From positions 32,001-96,000 of the forward strand of contig JBBISH010000003.1 of NCBI GenBank assembly GCA_037441385.1: 64,000 nucleotides of DNA. The letters are read 5' to 3'. The position numbers and the translations under genes are program-made. This stretch comes from Myxococcales bacterium (lineage in GTDB: Bacteria > Myxococcota_A > UBA9042). Under the pieces are notes generated by a model. The model worked only from the letters and a program-made list of their open reading frames with translations. It was not told where the DNA came from and did not search any database. How positions within the stretch are numbered: position 1 is the stretch's first letter; each line of letters starts with the position of its first letter. Shown here in pieces: positions 47,060-57,713 of this stretch.

Positions 47060-50000
47060 CTAGTCCACCAGCAAGTCCCAGCCGGTTACCACCGCAGCCG
47101 TGCGCGGTTGCGGCACCTCTTGGGCCACCGTACCCACCGAAGGCTGCCCGCCGGACTTGGGGGCTTGCCCCGCCGCTTGCACGGCCGCGTTCGGCGTGGC
47201 GACCCCAACTTCGTAGCGTGGACGGGCGCCACCCAGGGCTTGGGCGGCGGCAGCACCAGTCAGCGCACCCACGCACTTGGCGTCGGTCGGGTTGCAGTTG
47301 CCCCGGCACGCCGGCACGGCCTGAACGTCGACGGGCGAGGGCCGGTCGCTGCCGATGTCGATCGAGGCGACCTTGGTGGCCGAGCCGTTGGGGTTGGCAA
47401 ACGCGCCCGCCAGCGTCGTGGGATCCGACGGCGCGAGCGGCTTATCAAAGCGGGCGCCCCAGAGGCGCGCAATGCCGGTCTCGCAGGCCCCCTGGCTTTG
47501 CACCGCAAAGCTGGCCCAATAGGTGTTCAGGGCAAAGACGAGCGGCGGCCCGACAAAGCGCTCGAAGGCGCTGAGCGCCTTGACCCAGTTGCGGCTAGCG
47601 ACGGGCTTGGTGGTGCCATCTCCAAGCGTCTGGATGTCTTCGGTGAGTGAATACACCATGTGAAGTCTGGTGCTGGAGGCCGGGTCATCCAGATGTCCGG
47701 TGCCGTAGCTGACGACCAGACGAGCCGCCGAGGTCGACGCCAAGCTGGGCGCCGCCACGATCGGCACACGGTCCGCCGAGTTGATGTCCAAGGTGTAGGC
47801 CGCGGGCGTACCAGGGCCGCTGTAGGCGTCGTGGAAGAACGCGATGGTCCACTTGGCCGGGTTGGAGTCCGAGAGATCCATCCGCCACAGCAAACCCTTG
47901 GAATCACCAAGATAGCACCGCGTGACCAACTGGCCCGGCGTGGCGTTGTAGCAGGCTGGGTCGCCCCAGAAGTAGCCGGCGTCGTCAGTACTGGTGACGG
48001 CGGCTGGGATGCCCGCCATGTCCAGGTCCGCCGTAGTGAATTCGCGGATCTTGGCGCCGCTGGCCAAGTCGACGACGAACACGCCACGAGCGCCCGCCCC
48101 ATCAACGCCGTAGTTCTTGACGTTGCTGCGGTCCCACGGCATCCCCATCGGGATGACCGCGACCGCGCGCTGGCTGGGCGGTTCGCTGGCGTCGGCAAAG
48201 AACAGGTTGGCGATCGCTGGCTTGGGTAGCGACCGCCCCATGTTCTTATAGGTGGGGAGCGCAAGGCAACGCGGGCCGGCCACACCACCGACACTGGCGC
48301 CTGGGCCGTAGCAGTGCTGGTCGGGCGCTATTTCCCAAAGCAACTTCGGATCTTCAGGCGCGGTCACATCCAGGGCGGTGTAGCCCGAACCGCCCTCGCC
48401 GGCGCCGACCACCACCACCGCCCGCCACGCGGCCGCCGCTTGGGCGATCGTCATCGCGGCGGTGCGTTGCAGTTGCACGTGGCCAGCGGTCACCGCGCCG
48501 CCCAGGTACGAGGCGTCGGCGCTGGTCACCAGCTTGAGCGTAGACAGCCTGCTCAGGTTGAAATCGGGCAGCCACGCCCACATCTCGTCGCCCGCCACAG
48601 AGGAATTGGGCGTAGTAATCGCAGGGTTGCGATCGGTGCGGAACGCGTGCAGCAGGCCGTCGTGGGTCGCGACGTACAAGACGGTCGGTCGCCCGGCCGA
48701 GCCCGGCGGGTTGACGGTCGAGTAGTTCGACGCGGTGGGCACAGTGGTCTTGGCGTAGCTCTGGAAGCTTGGCTCGCGCAGGCCGCTGCGGTCGGCCGGT
48801 TCGATGACCGCTGGCGTGGAGCGGGCCGGGGCGCCCAGCGGAGTGCTTTGGCGGCAGGTGCCCGCCTTGCCGTACAGGGCGTCGATCAGGCTCTGTTTGA
48901 AGGCTTCGCGCTGGGTGTTTTGCGACAGGTCGTAGCCGCCATTGGTCACGCAGTCGCCGTACACATTGGGTTCCAGCTTGGGCTCCATGCCCACGGTGCC
49001 AATGCCGAATTCAGTCGCGGTGATCGACGCAGAGTCGAAATTGCGGCGGCTGCCAGCGGTGGTGCTGTACAACAATCGCGGTGCCGATCGCGACTTGAGC
49101 AGCGCGCTGTAGTTCAAGATTTCGCAAACTTGTGCGCGATCCGGCGTCGCTGGGTTCTTGCAGCCGGCCGTGCAGGCATAGATGCGCTGCTCGATTGTGC
49201 CGCCCGATCGCATCGGCTGGCTGAGATTGAATTCCGACGAGCCCATAAAGCCATGCTGCACGTCGGCGGGCTGACCGGTGGCCAGCGTCACGATCGGGTG
49301 GGTGAACACTTGCTGGGTAGCCGTAGCGGCCGAGATCGCAGGCGCAAGGCCTTTGACCGCTTCGAACGCCGTGCTGGCCAAGATGGCCTTGTCGGTGCCG
49401 CCGGCGGCCGCAAGGTCGTGCAGGAACTGCAGATCGTCGGCTGGCGGTCCCGAAGCGCCGTCGGCAGGGTGGCCGATCGCGATCACATGCACCGGCACGC
49501 CCATGGCCCACAGCTTGGACGCCGCCAGAAGCGCCGTGGCGCGCCCGTCCGAGTTGCCGTCATCCAGGTTGCCGCCACCGTCCGAGAGCACGACCGCGAG
49601 GCGCGGCCGGCACTTGGCGTACAGGTCGCCGTTCACGGGGTCGTCGGTCAAGGTCTTGAAGTGGGCGTCCTGGTACAGACCTGGCCCCACGTAGGCCACC
49701 GCGTCCAGCAGTTGCTGCCCCAGCGGCGTGGGACCATTGGCGATTTGGGCCGCCAGGGCTTGCTGGATGGCCGAGTAGGTCGCGGCGCGTGCGGCCAGCG
49801 TGTCGGGCCGGGTCACGGCTACGCTGCGGCTGCCCGCGGCGAACGGGTCCTGCATGCCCAAGTTGGCCTGCCCCCAATAGCTGGTGATGTCGGGGCCGAA
49901 CGAAAAGCCGGCGGTCAGGGTATTGCCCTTGTTCAACACCGAGTCGCTCATCAGCAGAGCAAATTTCGCGCCGGGGCCAAACACATCCAGAATTCCATCC

Positions 50001-51040
50001 TTGCCGGCCGGCACGCCAGAGTTGTTGCCCATGCCGTCCACGCCCTGGGCCACGGTTTCGACCGTGGGGCCTTCGCTGGGGCACAGGTTGCCCGAAGCCA
50101 TGCGCAAGACCGGCGCGCCAGACGTGCCTACGGCGGCAAAGGTCATCGCGGGATCCGGAGCCGTGCCACCCACATTGGCATTCTTGTTGCAGTTGTTTGG
50201 CCAACTCGCCGCCGCATACGCCAGCGCCAAGCTCGGAGCCTGGCCGGCCTTGATCGACGCGGTCAGCGCCGCCATCCCCGCAGTGGTGAACTGGAACTGC
50301 ACCGTGGTGCCCACCACGGGGTTGACTCCGGTGACCTCGGACAAGACCATCCGGGCGTCGCTGGTCGCCGCGCAGCAAAACCCGTCGGGGTCAAGGGTGG
50401 GCGAGGTGGTCGATGGCACCATCGTGACGACCATGGGCACTGGAGCCCCCGCGCCGCTGCCCACCGCCGCCACCTGCACGGTGAGGCTCCCGAGGGGGTA
50501 GGACTTGCCCATGTCCAGGCCTGTCCAGTCGAATTGCAGGTAGGGCACGCGGTAGGTCGCCCCGCTGGTGGCAAGCGCGCCGGGCATCGTCATCGCCGCG
50601 GCGCCCACGCCCGAGGTACCGGCGTTGGTCGGCCCCGGCAGCGACAGCGAGTAGGTCGGCCCGTCGGTCATGCTCAGCCCGGGAATGCACTTGGGCACGC
50701 CATTGGACGGCGCCGGCGGGTTGACGGCCTCTGGTAGCGGTGGCAGTGCCGGTTGCGTGCACGAGTAGCCTAGATACGAACCGCCAATGATCTCGCGCAG
50801 GGCCACCCAACGCGAGCGGGTGTCGGGCTGTCCACTCTGGCCGCAGGTGGGCACCAGATCGGCAAAAAGCCGATATTGCATCGAGGTCGACGCGTCGACG
50901 ATGAGCAAGACTTCTGGCAGCGCCGCGGCCGCGGCCGTGGCTGGGATCAGTGCCGTCAGGCCAACCAAGCCCAGGGCCAGCCCTGCCCCAGCCATTGCAG
51001 GCCTACCGGTATGGCTGCGAAGCGCAGTGGCGTTGCCCAT
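47060..51040 (-). CDS. pilY1: PilY1-type type IV pilus adhesin (vWA + beta-propeller)
   Basis: Signal peptide; MIDAS DASTS, GPTPL, LSDG; LYVATHDGLLHAF...EMWAWLP; LDVTAP...LLWE; YLGD..GLLWRMDL; follows the minor pilins. Confidence 0.9.
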   Translation of the reverse strand: MGNATALRSHTGRPAMAGAGLALGLVGLTALIPATAAAAALPEVLLIVDASTSMQYRLFADLVPTCGQSGQPDTRSRWVALREIIGGSYLGYSCTQPALPPLPEAVNPPAPSNGVPKCIPGLSMTDGPTYSLSLPGPTNAGTSGVGAAAMTMPGALATSGATYRVPYLQFDWTGLDMGKSYPLGSLTVQVAAVGSGAGAPVPMVVTMVPSTTSPTLDPDGFCCAATSDARMVLSEVTGVNPVVGTTVQFQFTTAGMAALTASIKAGQAPSLALAYAAASWPNNCNKNANVGGTAPDPAMTFAAVGTSGAPVLRMASGNLCPSEGPTVETVAQGVDGMGNNSGVPAGKDGILDVFGPGAKFALLMSDSVLNKGNTLTAGFSFGPDITSYWGQANLGMQDPFAAGSRSVAVTRPDTLAARAATYSAIQQALAAQIANGPTPLGQQLLDAVAYVGPGLYQDAHFKTLTDDPVNGDLYAKCRPRLAVVLSDGGGNLDDGNSDGRATALLAASKLWAMGVPVHVIAIGHPADGASGPPADDLQFLHDLAAAGGTDKAILASTAFEAVKGLAPAISAATATQQVFTHPIVTLATGQPADVQHGFMGSSEFNLSQPMRSGGTIEQRIYACTAGCKNPATPDRAQVCEILNYSALLKSRSAPRLLYSTTAGSRRNFDSASITATEFGIGTVGMEPKLEPNVYGDCVTNGGYDLSQNTQREAFKQSLIDALYGKAGTCRQSTPLGAPARSTPAVIEPADRSGLREPSFQSYAKTTVPTASNYSTVNPPGSAGRPTVLYVATHDGLLHAFRTDRNPAITTPNSSVAGDEMWAWLPDFNLSRLSTLKLVTSADASYLGGAVTAGHVQLQRTAAMTIAQAAAAWRAVVVVGAGEGGSGYTALDVTAPEDPKLLWEIAPDQHCYGPGASVGGVAGPRCLALPTYKNMGRSLPKPAIANLFFADASEPPSQRAVAVIPMGMPWDRSNVKNYGVDGAGARGVFVVDLASGAKIREFTTADLDMAGIPAAVTSTDDAGYFWGDPACYNATPGQLVTRCYLGDSKGLLWRMDLSDSNPAKWTIAFFHDAYSGPGTPAAYTLDINSADRVPIVAAPSLASTSAARLVVSYGTGHLDDPASSTRLHMVYSLTEDIQTLGDGTTKPVASRNWVKALSAFERFVGPPLVFALNTYWASFAVQSQGACETGIARLWGARFDKPLAPSDPTTLAGAFANPNGSATKVASIDIGSDRPSPVDVQAVPACRGNCNPTDAKCVGALTGAAAAQALGGARPRYEVGVATPNAAVQAAGQAPKSGGQPSVGTVAQEVPQPRTAAVVTGWDLLVD

Positions 51041-51049
51041 CTTCGCCCC

Positions 51050-51625
51050 CTATTGGCCGCACGGCACGGGGCCGACGGTCATGGTCGCTTGCAGCCGAGT
51101 TTGCCCAGACACCATGGCTTCTTGCAGATTCTTGGGTGCCGCTGAGCCGAGCTGCGAGGTGGTGATCATGCGATAAGTGCGGAAGCAATAGCGCCCCACG
51201 TCGTAGCCGGCGGCCGACGCGGCGTCCGAGTCTTGAACCAGCGTGGTAAACCCGACCGAAGCAAACCCCTTGAGTTCGCGACCAAAGCTCAGGTCGGTGC
51301 CGGAGAGAGCTAGCAGGCCGTCGCCCATGTCCTGCATGGTCAAGGTCTTGTTGGCTTTGGCGCCGATGTAGTCCGAAAAACCGCCTTGCATCTGCGAGGC
51401 CAGGGTCAAGACGCCCAACGTGCCGGCCTCGCCCAGCCGGTACGAGGCGCGCGTCAGGCGCTCGGCGTTGCCCTCGCGGATATCCATGGCCGTGCGCATG
51501 GCCGCGGCGCTCGCCAGCAGCGACAGCAGGCCGAGCATCAGCATGACCATCATCATCACCATGCCGCGCTGATTCGCAGGCACGGCGGGCGGCACTGGAG
51601 CAGCGGTGGGGCGGGGATGAGTCAC
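51050..51625 (-). CDS. pilX: PilX-like minor pilin
   Basis: QRG/MVMMMV prepilin site without Glu5; position in cluster. Confidence 0.8.
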   Translation of the reverse strand: MTHPRPTAAPVPPAVPANQRGMVMMMVMLMLGLLSLLASAAAMRTAMDIREGNAERLTRASYRLGEAGTLGVLTLASQMQGGFSDYIGAKANKTLTMQDMGDGLLALSGTDLSFGRELKGFASVGFTTLVQDSDAASAAGYDVGRYCFRTYRMITTSQLGSAAPKNLQEAMVSGQTRLQATMTVGPVPCGQ

Positions 51626-51670
51626 GGGATCCTCGCTGCGGGCACGGCGCGCGCCCGGCTGGTGAAAATT

Positions 51671-52852
51671 CTACAGGTTTCGCGAGACCAAGGTAGGCAG
51701 GGCCACCCGGGTGGCCGCGGTCAGGACAGGGTGGGCCCCATCGCCCTCGCCCGGCAGCTGCCAGGTGGTCAGGGGTTGCCAAGGAACTTCGCGGGCTTTG
51801 TGCACCAGCCGCTTGACCGGCCACGCCGACCGCAGCGACACCTTGACCGTCAAAAAGCGCAAGGCCTCGGGTTTGGCCGCGGCCGTTGTGCCCAGCGGGC
51901 CGTCGCCGCCTTCGAACACCACGTCGGACGACAGCGGGAACACCTTCATCTTGACCACGTCCGGCGCCGGGTCCACGTCCATCCCCATGTCGTAGAGCTG
52001 GAGATCCACCGCGTTTTCGGCCAGGATCAGCTGACCCTTGACGGTCACGCCGTCCACGTCGAGCCGTTCGCGCACCAGCACGCTCTGCAGAGCCGCGCCC
52101 ATCCCGTCTTTGAGGGCGCCGGGCCGGGTATCGGCGACCACGCGATAGCGAACAAAGTTCTGCACATCCACGGTGTAGTTGCCGCCCAAGCCCTGGTACC
52201 CGCAGGTCACGCCCGCGGCGATGCGCGGAATGGTGCCCACGACCTTGACTGTGCCCGACGACTGGCTGCCCGAGTCGATGGCGAAGAACATCTGCGACCC
52301 GTCCGCGCCAGAAATGTGCAAGTACTTGTCTTTGCTAAACGTTTCGTCCCAGGCCTCTTGACTCGCCGGCAGCGTGCCGTCGTCGTACAGGTGGACCACG
52401 TCGCCGTCGATCGACAGCGTGCGGTAGCGCGACTTGACGTCCATGCTGCCAAAGAGCGTGATCGCGACCGGCTTGACGTTGGGGTTCAGATCCGCTGCGG
52501 CCACGTGGCTGGTGTCGAGCGCGGCCGTCAGCGCTCGCAGCACCGGCACCGGCTTGGGGCAAACCGTGGGATCCACGGCAGTGTTGGGCGACGTGTTCGA
52601 CCCCAGCGAGGTCAGGTCGGCGCGCAAGTGGTCCAGTGAAAAGCGCGCCTGGCGGCCCATGTCGATGCGCTCGTTCTGGTTCTGCATCACCTCGCCCTGT
52701 TGGACAAACAAGGTGGTCAGCGCCATGAACATGACGGTGGCCACCGCCAGCGACATCATGATTTCGATGAGGTTGAAGCCCAATTGCCCGCGGCGCGTGC
52801 CACCCTGAACACGACGAGCGCTGCCGATGGCGGGGCTATTGGACATTGACAT
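51671..52852 (-). CDS. pilW: PilW-like minor pilin
   Basis: LG/FNLIEIMM; R..LD.L..DL...G; LAENAVDLQ. Confidence 0.85.
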   Translation of the reverse strand: MSMSNSPAIGSARRVQGGTRRGQLGFNLIEIMMSLAVATVMFMALTTLFVQQGEVMQNQNERIDMGRQARFSLDHLRADLTSLGSNTSPNTAVDPTVCPKPVPVLRALTAALDTSHVAAADLNPNVKPVAITLFGSMDVKSRYRTLSIDGDVVHLYDDGTLPASQEAWDETFSKDKYLHISGADGSQMFFAIDSGSQSSGTVKVVGTIPRIAAGVTCGYQGLGGNYTVDVQNFVRYRVVADTRPGALKDGMGAALQSVLVRERLDVDGVTVKGQLILAENAVDLQLYDMGMDVDPAPDVVKMKVFPLSSDVVFEGGDGPLGTTAAAKPEALRFLTVKVSLRSAWPVKRLVHKAREVPWQPLTTWQLPGEGDGAHPVLTAATRVALPTLVSRNL

Positions 52853-53420
52853 TCCTCATGACCAAGCCCGGCAACGACACCGAACCTACGTTGGCAACAT
52901 CAAAAAGCATGTCCGTGGGGCAGGCGGCGTACAGCTGCAGGGGCGCGTTGGCCCGCGGCCACGACACGCGCACGTCGGCGCGCACCATGTCGTTCGACAC
53001 CCAGGTCAACTTGTAGTGGATGCAGTAGCGAGTGCCGCGATCGTTCGGGATTTCAAGGAGGGCGCCTTGATCGTAGCGCACGTCGGAACCCAGCGGTCCC
53101 ACACGCTTGTCGATCGCGAAAGCCGGCGTGGGCCCGGGCAGCCAACCCGTTCCCTGCCCTGGCGACGGCGGCGCGGGCAGGTGCCCCAGGTACTCCAAGA
53201 TGGTGATCGGATTGGCGTCGCCGGTCCACATGGTGGCTTCGCCCTGGATGGTGGCCAGCACGTGTTCGGCCAACTGGGCGCCTACTTGCGCGTCGCGGCG
53301 CTCGCCGGTGCCGTGGGTCGCGTACAGCGCCGTCGCCAACGTGGCAAACAGCCCGATCATGCCGATCGCACCGGCGGCCAGCACTTCGACCAGCGAAAAG
53401 CCGCGCTCGCGAGGCATCAT
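52836..53420 (-). CDS. pilV: PilV-like minor pilin
   Basis: RG/FSLVEVL; VRVSW; ATGA overlap with fimU. Confidence 0.85.
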   Translation of the reverse strand: MMPRERGFSLVEVLAAGAIGMIGLFATLATALYATHGTGERRDAQVGAQLAEHVLATIQGEATMWTGDANPITILEYLGHLPAPPSPGQGTGWLPGPTPAFAIDKRVGPLGSDVRYDQGALLEIPNDRGTRYCIHYKLTWVSNDMVRADVRVSWPRANAPLQLYAACPTDMLFDVANVGSVSLPGLVMRNVNVQ

Positions 53421-54127
53421 TTGGCGCCTCCGCCTTGGCCGTCGCCCTGCAACTGCTCGGTTGGGCGGCCAAAGATCACCCTGGCCGTGCAGTTGTAGCC
53501 GATCTGGACCTGCAGGGGGGTGCCGATTGCGCCACCCCCTTCGGCCCGCGCCAGCTCTAAGACCACGTCCCCCGCCGAGAGCAGCGAGCCCGTTGGGGCC
53601 GAGAACGTGCGGCCGTTGTCGCCGCGGATAAGCCGACCGTCTGGCTTGAAGCACAAAAACGCAGCTGGTGTCCCCACTTCGCTGGGTGCGGTGCGCGTGA
53701 ACTGGATCGCCGGGTTGTTATCCGCATTGGTCGCACTGTAGTCCACGGTGCGGACCAAAGACCCCACAGCGACGCTGGCACACGTCGCGTCGGTGCCCTT
53801 GTAGACGCGGAAAAGGTACTGCCCGCCCGCGGATGCACTGTCGAAGACGATCCCGTAGGCCGTGCGGTTGGCCATGGCTTGGCTGCGGGCCAAGTCGACG
53901 GCATAGACCAGTTCGTCGGCGGCGGCGCGCAGGTTGTAGTTCCGAGTCAGGCTGCCGATGCCAGGGATGGCCATGCCGCCCAGCACCATCAGGATCATCA
54001 AGCCCATCATCAGTTCGACCAGCGAGGTGCCCGGCGAGGACCGGCGCCACGCGCGCCGCAGCGCCAGCACGGACACGCTGGGCTCGGCTTGGTCGCGGTC
54101 GGTGGTCGACTGGCCTGCGCTGTTCAT
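53417..54127 (-). CDS. fimU: FimT/FimU-like minor pilin
   Basis: PG/TSLVELMM; LRAAADEL...LARSQA; F.PDG. Start codon uncertain. Confidence 0.85.
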   Translation of the reverse strand: MNSAGQSTTDRDQAEPSVSVLALRRAWRRSSPGTSLVELMMGLMILMVLGGMAIPGIGSLTRNYNLRAAADELVYAVDLARSQAMANRTAYGIVFDSASAGGQYLFRVYKGTDATCASVAVGSLVRTVDYSATNADNNPAIQFTRTAPSEVGTPAAFLCFKPDGRLIRGDNGRTFSAPTGSLLSAGDVVLELARAEGGGAIGTPLQVQIGYNCTARVIFGRPTEQLQGDGQGGGAK

Positions 54128-54239
54128 GCTGCTCCCTGGTGAACACCCGCGGTCCCGCTCAGGACCGCACGACACCCCATTTGGAAAGGTACGCAACTTT
54201 GGCGCTGTGCACCACATAATTCCGCACGAAGCACGCAGC

Positions 54240-55511
54240 TCAGCGATTTTGCAGGCGGGCTGGCGGCAGCAGCTGTTCACCGCGCCACAGATCCTCTAGC
54301 GTTTCCCGGGCTCGAATCGGCGTGGCGACATCGCCGTCGACCAAGACTTCGGCGGCGCGCGGACGGCTGTTGTAGTTCGAGGCCATGGCATAGCCGTAGG
54401 CGCCGGCTCCATAGACGGCCAGCAGATCGTCCTCGCCCACTTCGACAAGCTCGCGATCCTGGGCCAGAAAATCCCCCGACTCGCACACCGGCCCCACCAC
54501 GTCGACTGGCCGAACCGGCCGCCCGTCCGGGTTGCCGACCAATTCCAGCGTGTGCCAAGCCTGGTAGAGCGACGGGCGGATAAGGTCGTTCATGCCGGCA
54601 TCGACCAACACGAACTCCTTGTCGCCGTTACGCTTTGTCCCAACCACGCGCGTCAGCAGCACGCCGGCGTTACCCACGATGACACGGCCGGGCTCGGTCA
54701 GGATGTGCAAGCCATGGGCGCGGGCCATCGCCACGATCTGCTGGCCCAATTCGATCGGCGCCGCCGGTTGTTCGTCTCGGTAGGCAATACCCAAGCCGCC
54801 GCCCACGTCCAAGTGCTCTAGGGCAATGCCAGCGGCCTTCAGGCGATCGCAAAGGCCCAACATCTTCTCGATGGCCTGCACGAACGGCGCAACCTCCAGG
54901 ATCTGACTGCCGATATGGCAATCGACCCCCACGATGCGCAGGTGCGGACTTTGGGCCGCCTGCTGGTATAGCGACTCGGCTTCGGCAAAGGCGACGCCAA
55001 ATTTGCTGCTTTTCAGCCCTGTTGCGATGTATTTGTGCGTGCGCGGGTCCACGTCGGGGTTGACGCGGAGGCTGATGGGCGCGCGTGTGCCCAGTTCGGC
55101 CGCGACGCGCTCGATGCGGCCCAGCTCGCCGGCGGACTCCACGTTGAAGCACAAGATGCCGCGGCGCAACGCCAAAGCGATCTCGTCGTTGCGCTTGGCG
55201 ACGCCCGAAAATACGACCTTGCCGGGATCGCCGCCGGCCCGCATGACCCGCTCCAGCTCGCCCGCCGAGACGATGTCGAAGCCGCTGCCCAAGCTGGCGA
55301 GCACCTGCAAGATCGCAAGGTTACTGCAGGCCTTGACCGCGTAGCACAGCAAATGGTCCAGGCCATGCAGCGCCTCGTCCATCACGCGATAGTGACGCTC
55401 GATGGTGGCGCGGCTGTAGACGTAGGTGGGGGTCCCAAAGTCGGCAGCGATCTGCGCCAACGGCACGCCATCGGCCCACAAGTGACCGTCTTTACGCTCG
55501 AAGTGATTCAT
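54240..55511 (-). CDS. lysA: Diaminopimelate decarboxylase
   Basis: YAVKA, DIVSAGEL, RVNPDV, SKFG, HIGSQ, EPGR, GPVCESGD, GAYG..MASNYN. Confidence 0.98.
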   Translation of the reverse strand: MNHFERKDGHLWADGVPLAQIAADFGTPTYVYSRATIERHYRVMDEALHGLDHLLCYAVKACSNLAILQVLASLGSGFDIVSAGELERVMRAGGDPGKVVFSGVAKRNDEIALALRRGILCFNVESAGELGRIERVAAELGTRAPISLRVNPDVDPRTHKYIATGLKSSKFGVAFAEAESLYQQAAQSPHLRIVGVDCHIGSQILEVAPFVQAIEKMLGLCDRLKAAGIALEHLDVGGGLGIAYRDEQPAAPIELGQQIVAMARAHGLHILTEPGRVIVGNAGVLLTRVVGTKRNGDKEFVLVDAGMNDLIRPSLYQAWHTLELVGNPDGRPVRPVDVVGPVCESGDFLAQDRELVEVGEDDLLAVYGAGAYGYAMASNYNSRPRAAEVLVDGDVATPIRARETLEDLWRGEQLLPPARLQNR

Positions 55512-55538
55512 GGTCTGCCTGTGGCGGCGGCTGGTCGA

Positions 55539-57554
55539 TCAGAACGGCAGGACCAAGTGCCCGGTCAACTTCCAGGCATTGGTGGGCGTTTGCGAGGTGC
55601 TGGCGTCGTACCATCCCTCGACCAGGTTGAAGGCGGAACCGGTGATGGCGTAGGCGAAAATCACGTCGGCATAGGCCTGGCCGCGGCGACCCAGGAAGCC
55701 CCGCGCCGCGAGCTCGGTGCCAATGTTGGTGATCTCGCCGGCCTTGCCGCCGGGCGTGCCCGCCGAGTTCTGAGCGATCGCCTGCAATACGGACAGGTCC
55801 AGGCCCAGCATATCCGCAGAGTGCCACGGGAAAGCGTTGATGCTGACCGTGGGCTTGATGTACCAGGCGTTGGTGACGGTGCCGATCAGGTCGTGGAACA
55901 GCAAGTTGTCGACTTGGTAGCCGCGGTTGAATTTGAACCCGGTGATCAAGGTATTGGGCGCGCCGGTGGCCGTGGCGAGCGAGCAGTCCGACCGGCCGTA
56001 GACGCCGAAGCACTGCGTGTCGTCGCCGCTGGCGCCGCCAAAGTCCAAGTAGTAGCCCATACCCTCGTCTTGGAACGCGGCCTTGCCCGCAAAGCCCCAC
56101 ATGCTGAGGTCGCGCTTCTTGTCCGCCGTGCCGGCTAGGGCGTTGGCGTCGTCGACTGAACCGCCGATGTAGGCGCCTTCCGCTTCGGCCACAAAGCGGC
56201 GCAGAGGCGACAGGCGTTGTTCGTAGCGGAACCAGACGTCGGCGATGGCGGCGGTGGCGCCGCGAACCATCAACTGCGCGCTATCCAGGTTGTTGACGCC
56301 CAACTTGCTGGGGTCGGTCGTGCCCTGCAAGTCGTTTTTCTGAGTCCGATAGACCAGGTACAAGCCGCCGTCGATGGCCGGCTTGCGCTCGACTTCTAGC
56401 AAGTGCTGGCGCGCCGCCGCATCGTCTTCGGACAGGGGCCGACGCATCAGGGCCAAACCGTACTGGCGGACGTCATCGGAACCGGTGGCGTTGCGGGGCA
56501 CCACGTCGGGGCGCAGCAGATCGCCCGTCTGCAGGCCATTGGCCAGGTAGTCGTAGAAAACGCTGGCGTACAACTGCGCCTTGGGGATGCCGGTCACGAA
56601 GGCCGCGCGATCCACATAACTACCCGAATCCAAAGCATAGCCGTGGCCATCGGCCGGCCGCCGCGCTCCGCCGTAGTAGAGCGTGGGGCGGCCCATGTCC
56701 CAGCCATCGCCGCCGCCGCCATGGGCGAGCATGCCCAGACCCCAATGGGAGGCCTGGCGTCCCACGCGCAGCACGCCCACCAACGTCTTGAGCTCGCCGT
56801 ACAACTCCTTGACGTTCATGACACCGGGCTTGGTGCTCATGGTAAAGGCCGAGATCGGCACGTCGGGTCGCGCCTGGTAGCCCGAGTAGTCGGGATCGCC
56901 GCCCATCACCGCGTTGTCCAGCACGTCGACGGTCGAGACGATGCGCGCGTCTTTGCCGATCGACAGCGTCGGCTGCAGGCGCAAACGCATCGTGGCGCCG
57001 GCCATGGCCGTTTCTTCTGTCGTCTTGCCAACTTTGCCGCTCTGCGTGTTCTTGTCGGGGTCGTTGTTGGTCGGCCACAGCGACAGCGGCGGCGCCACCG
57101 CGCTGGTAGTGATGGCGCGGTTGCCGATCTGCTTGTCGGGCACCGCCATGCCAAGGTGGCCGTTGTTCAGGATCTCGGGCCGGAAGCGGAAGTAGCCATG
57201 CCACTCCAGCTGCAAGAAGCTGGGTGTGGGCGCAGCCTTGGGCGGCGTGGGCAGTGTGCCGTCGTCGATTTGGTCCAGCAGGCCCTTTTTGGCCGCAGGC
57301 GCGGGCTTGGCCGACGGGTCGCGGGGCGCCGTGGCCGTGGCCGGCTCAGGGGCATCGACCGCCGGGGCATCATCTTTGGTTTCTGGCGGTTCCTGAGCGA
57401 TTGCCGCCGGAGCCACGCCCAGCACGGCCAACGCCGCCGCCACCACCGCCAAGCGGAGCGAGCGCCGCTGCCAACGCTCGTGCAGGGCCATGGCCCGCAC
57501 CACGTGGGCTTGCGTGTGGGCGATCTCGATCTGCTGGGCCAGTTGCTGCATCAT
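55539..57554 (-). CDS. TIGR04551-like myxobacterial outer-membrane beta-barrel protein
   Basis: LEWHGYFRFRPE; RLRLQP; GRQASHWGLG; alternating beta strands; C-terminal Phe. Start codon uncertain. Confidence 0.75.
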   Translation of the reverse strand: MMQQLAQQIEIAHTQAHVVRAMALHERWQRRSLRLAVVAAALAVLGVAPAAIAQEPPETKDDAPAVDAPEPATATAPRDPSAKPAPAAKKGLLDQIDDGTLPTPPKAAPTPSFLQLEWHGYFRFRPEILNNGHLGMAVPDKQIGNRAITTSAVAPPLSLWPTNNDPDKNTQSGKVGKTTEETAMAGATMRLRLQPTLSIGKDARIVSTVDVLDNAVMGGDPDYSGYQARPDVPISAFTMSTKPGVMNVKELYGELKTLVGVLRVGRQASHWGLGMLAHGGGGDGWDMGRPTLYYGGARRPADGHGYALDSGSYVDRAAFVTGIPKAQLYASVFYDYLANGLQTGDLLRPDVVPRNATGSDDVRQYGLALMRRPLSEDDAAARQHLLEVERKPAIDGGLYLVYRTQKNDLQGTTDPSKLGVNNLDSAQLMVRGATAAIADVWFRYEQRLSPLRRFVAEAEGAYIGGSVDDANALAGTADKKRDLSMWGFAGKAAFQDEGMGYYLDFGGASGDDTQCFGVYGRSDCSLATATGAPNTLITGFKFNRGYQVDNLLFHDLIGTVTNAWYIKPTVSINAFPWHSADMLGLDLSVLQAIAQNSAGTPGGKAGEITNIGTELAARGFLGRRGQAYADVIFAYAITGSAFNLVEGWYDASTSQTPTNAWKLTGHLVLPF

Positions 57555-57713
57555 GCTTCCTCCTACCACGGCGCGCATTTCACGCTGGGCCGGCTAGACA
57601 GTCAACACGTGGGCGGGGCTGCCGCCACAAATGGCGCGAAATTCGACGCCTGCCGCCGCAGCCGCCCGCTTCGAGTCGCCCGGCTGGGGCCGCAGCGAAC
57701 AGCAAGCTACACC

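Noticed and set aside
48314..50737. 807-aa plus-strand ORF (and similar long ORFs opposite rho, pheT, lysA and the helicase)
   Set aside because: Antisense to well-supported genes.
56403..57713. Apparent 437-aa N-terminal extension on the cysteine desulfurase
   Set aside because: Overlaps the minus-strand barrel gene; the family start MIFLDYNAT is at 57714. The same artefact affects the ORFs starting at 5356, 40607 and 44735.
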